Positions 62,604 to 64,000 of a stretch of 64,000 nt of DNA are shown in pieces. The translations under genes and the position numbers were made by a program. Location: contig OZ199840.1 of NCBI GenBank assembly GCA_964304625.1, forward strand, positions 9,594,882 through 9,658,881, read 5' to 3'. How positions within the stretch are numbered: position 1 is the first letter of the stretch; each line of letters starts with the position of its first letter. The stretch comes from Kudoa neothunni. Its lineage: Eukaryota; Animalia; Cnidaria. A model generated the notes under the pieces. The model was not told the DNA's origin, made no database searches, and saw nothing but the letters and a program-made list of their open reading frames with translations.

Positions 62604-63224
62604 CAGTCGAACCTCGATTATCCAGAAAATTTGGGGCCAGCAATTTTCTTTCCAAGTAGCGAGATTCCGGTTAATTGAACATAAAAAATTTCTCGTGCTC
62701 GCCGTTTTTGTAAATTTCTACTTAAAGGTTGTTTACTTGATTTATAAACAATTTTTACTATATATTAAATAAAAGATTTTAATTCCTGCCATTTAAATTA
62801 AAAATGTTGACATATCTATTAACTAAAAATGTGAGGCTTAAACGAAAAACAATAAATAATTATGGCAGTTCTTACATGTCTACAGAGGAGTTACCTACTT
62901 TTTTAAATAATCGATAATTAATGTTTGTTCAATATACATACACGCATTTGTTCAGAGATAGCACAAATTTATATAAGAACAGGATGCTTAACATAGAACT
63001 ATTTTTGTTTTAAATATTGCGTTGGTATATGTGCCATATTGTATATGTCGTAGGGTGATGGATAGCACTTTTAGCCGGAAATATGATCAAATAGTTCATC
63101 CGGTTTCCGCTTACCGAGGTTCCGGATAATCGAACATTTGTCCACACGCAATGTCAATAAAATCCAATTAAAGTTTAAAATTTCTTCCGGATAGCGCAAT
63201 TTCCAGATAATCCAGGTTCGACGG
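62604..63224. mobile_element. Tigger/pogo-like MITE
   Basis: TA TSDs; TIRs CAGTCGAACCTCGATTATCCAGAAA / TTTCCAGATAATCCAGGTTCGACGG; internal CCGGATAATCGA-type subterminal repeats. Confidence 0.9.
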
Positions 63225-64000
63225 TATTTTCATTTCAAATTCTAACAATCAGCGGAAACGATCTACAAATTTTTGAACTCTGGAGAAGATTTGATCTTTT
63301 ATTGGAGGGTGCTATTCAGAGTTTCTGAATTTGATATATTTAAATACTTCACGATAGCTATTTAGGAGTTTTTTAATGTAGAATTTTCAGGATATTTTAT
63401 AATTTAATACTCTTCTTCTCACGTTCTTAGGTTGCTTAATTTTCTTATGGGCATATTTCTAATTTTTTGGTATAATGATACCTTGATCAACAGATTTCCC
63501 CCAAAAGATGTGCAAAATAGACATGTCACATGATTTTTGCTATTTATTTTGTATCTTTTACAGTCAATTATTTAAACTAACATTATCATTAAGCTGAATA
63601 TATTTATTTATATAAATATTAAGAACATTCATAATTATAATCAAATAATTTTACAAGTGTGCACAATCGGTTGCCAACTGTATTAATTAAACCCGCAAAC
63701 TAAACTTTCATTTGACATAAGCCAAAAAATATGCACAAAACCAAAATTTAAAGAAAATGATAATAATGATGAAGCCAAAATTATTTATAAAAAGTAATGT
63801 TGTAATCATTAAAATGAAAATGAAAATTAACGTTAATATTTGTATATTATTGGGTCATATTATTTGCATATTTACACGCTATATAGAAAGAAAAATAAAT
63901 AACCATACAATTTTTTTTTATTAGGAGGAAAAATGACTTTCTTTACGGCTTCAACCAGTTATAACAACGATTTAATTTTTTAAACAAAACACAAACCAGC

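Overview
AT-rich eukaryotic (metazoan-type) genomic DNA with very short GT-AG introns (mostly 40-55 nt) and highly divergent proteins; a compact parasite-like genome (e.g. orthonectid or myxozoan) is plausible but is inference only. Recognisable spliced genes: NUP42/NUPL2 (apparently FG-less), EXOSC8/RRP43, a beta-type soluble guanylate cyclase whose H-NOX domain lacks the heme-ligand His, TMEM177, ZC3H14/Nab2 and eIF4G. There are also unassigned single-pass membrane protein genes, including a paralogous pair (one with a 24-bp x11 coding minisatellite, one disrupted). Intergenic DNA is full of transposon material: a young MULE with ~110-bp TIRs and a 9-bp TSD, several decayed piggyBac elements, hAT and Tigger-like MITEs, and two divergent tRNA-headed SINEs. 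The strongest unexplained signal is a ~0.9-kb run of G-U-containing hairpins and long-range helices in the eIF4G leader, plus long introns that appear to fold back to the genome's usual intron length. All gene models, alignments and RNA pairings were done by eye and need computational confirmation.
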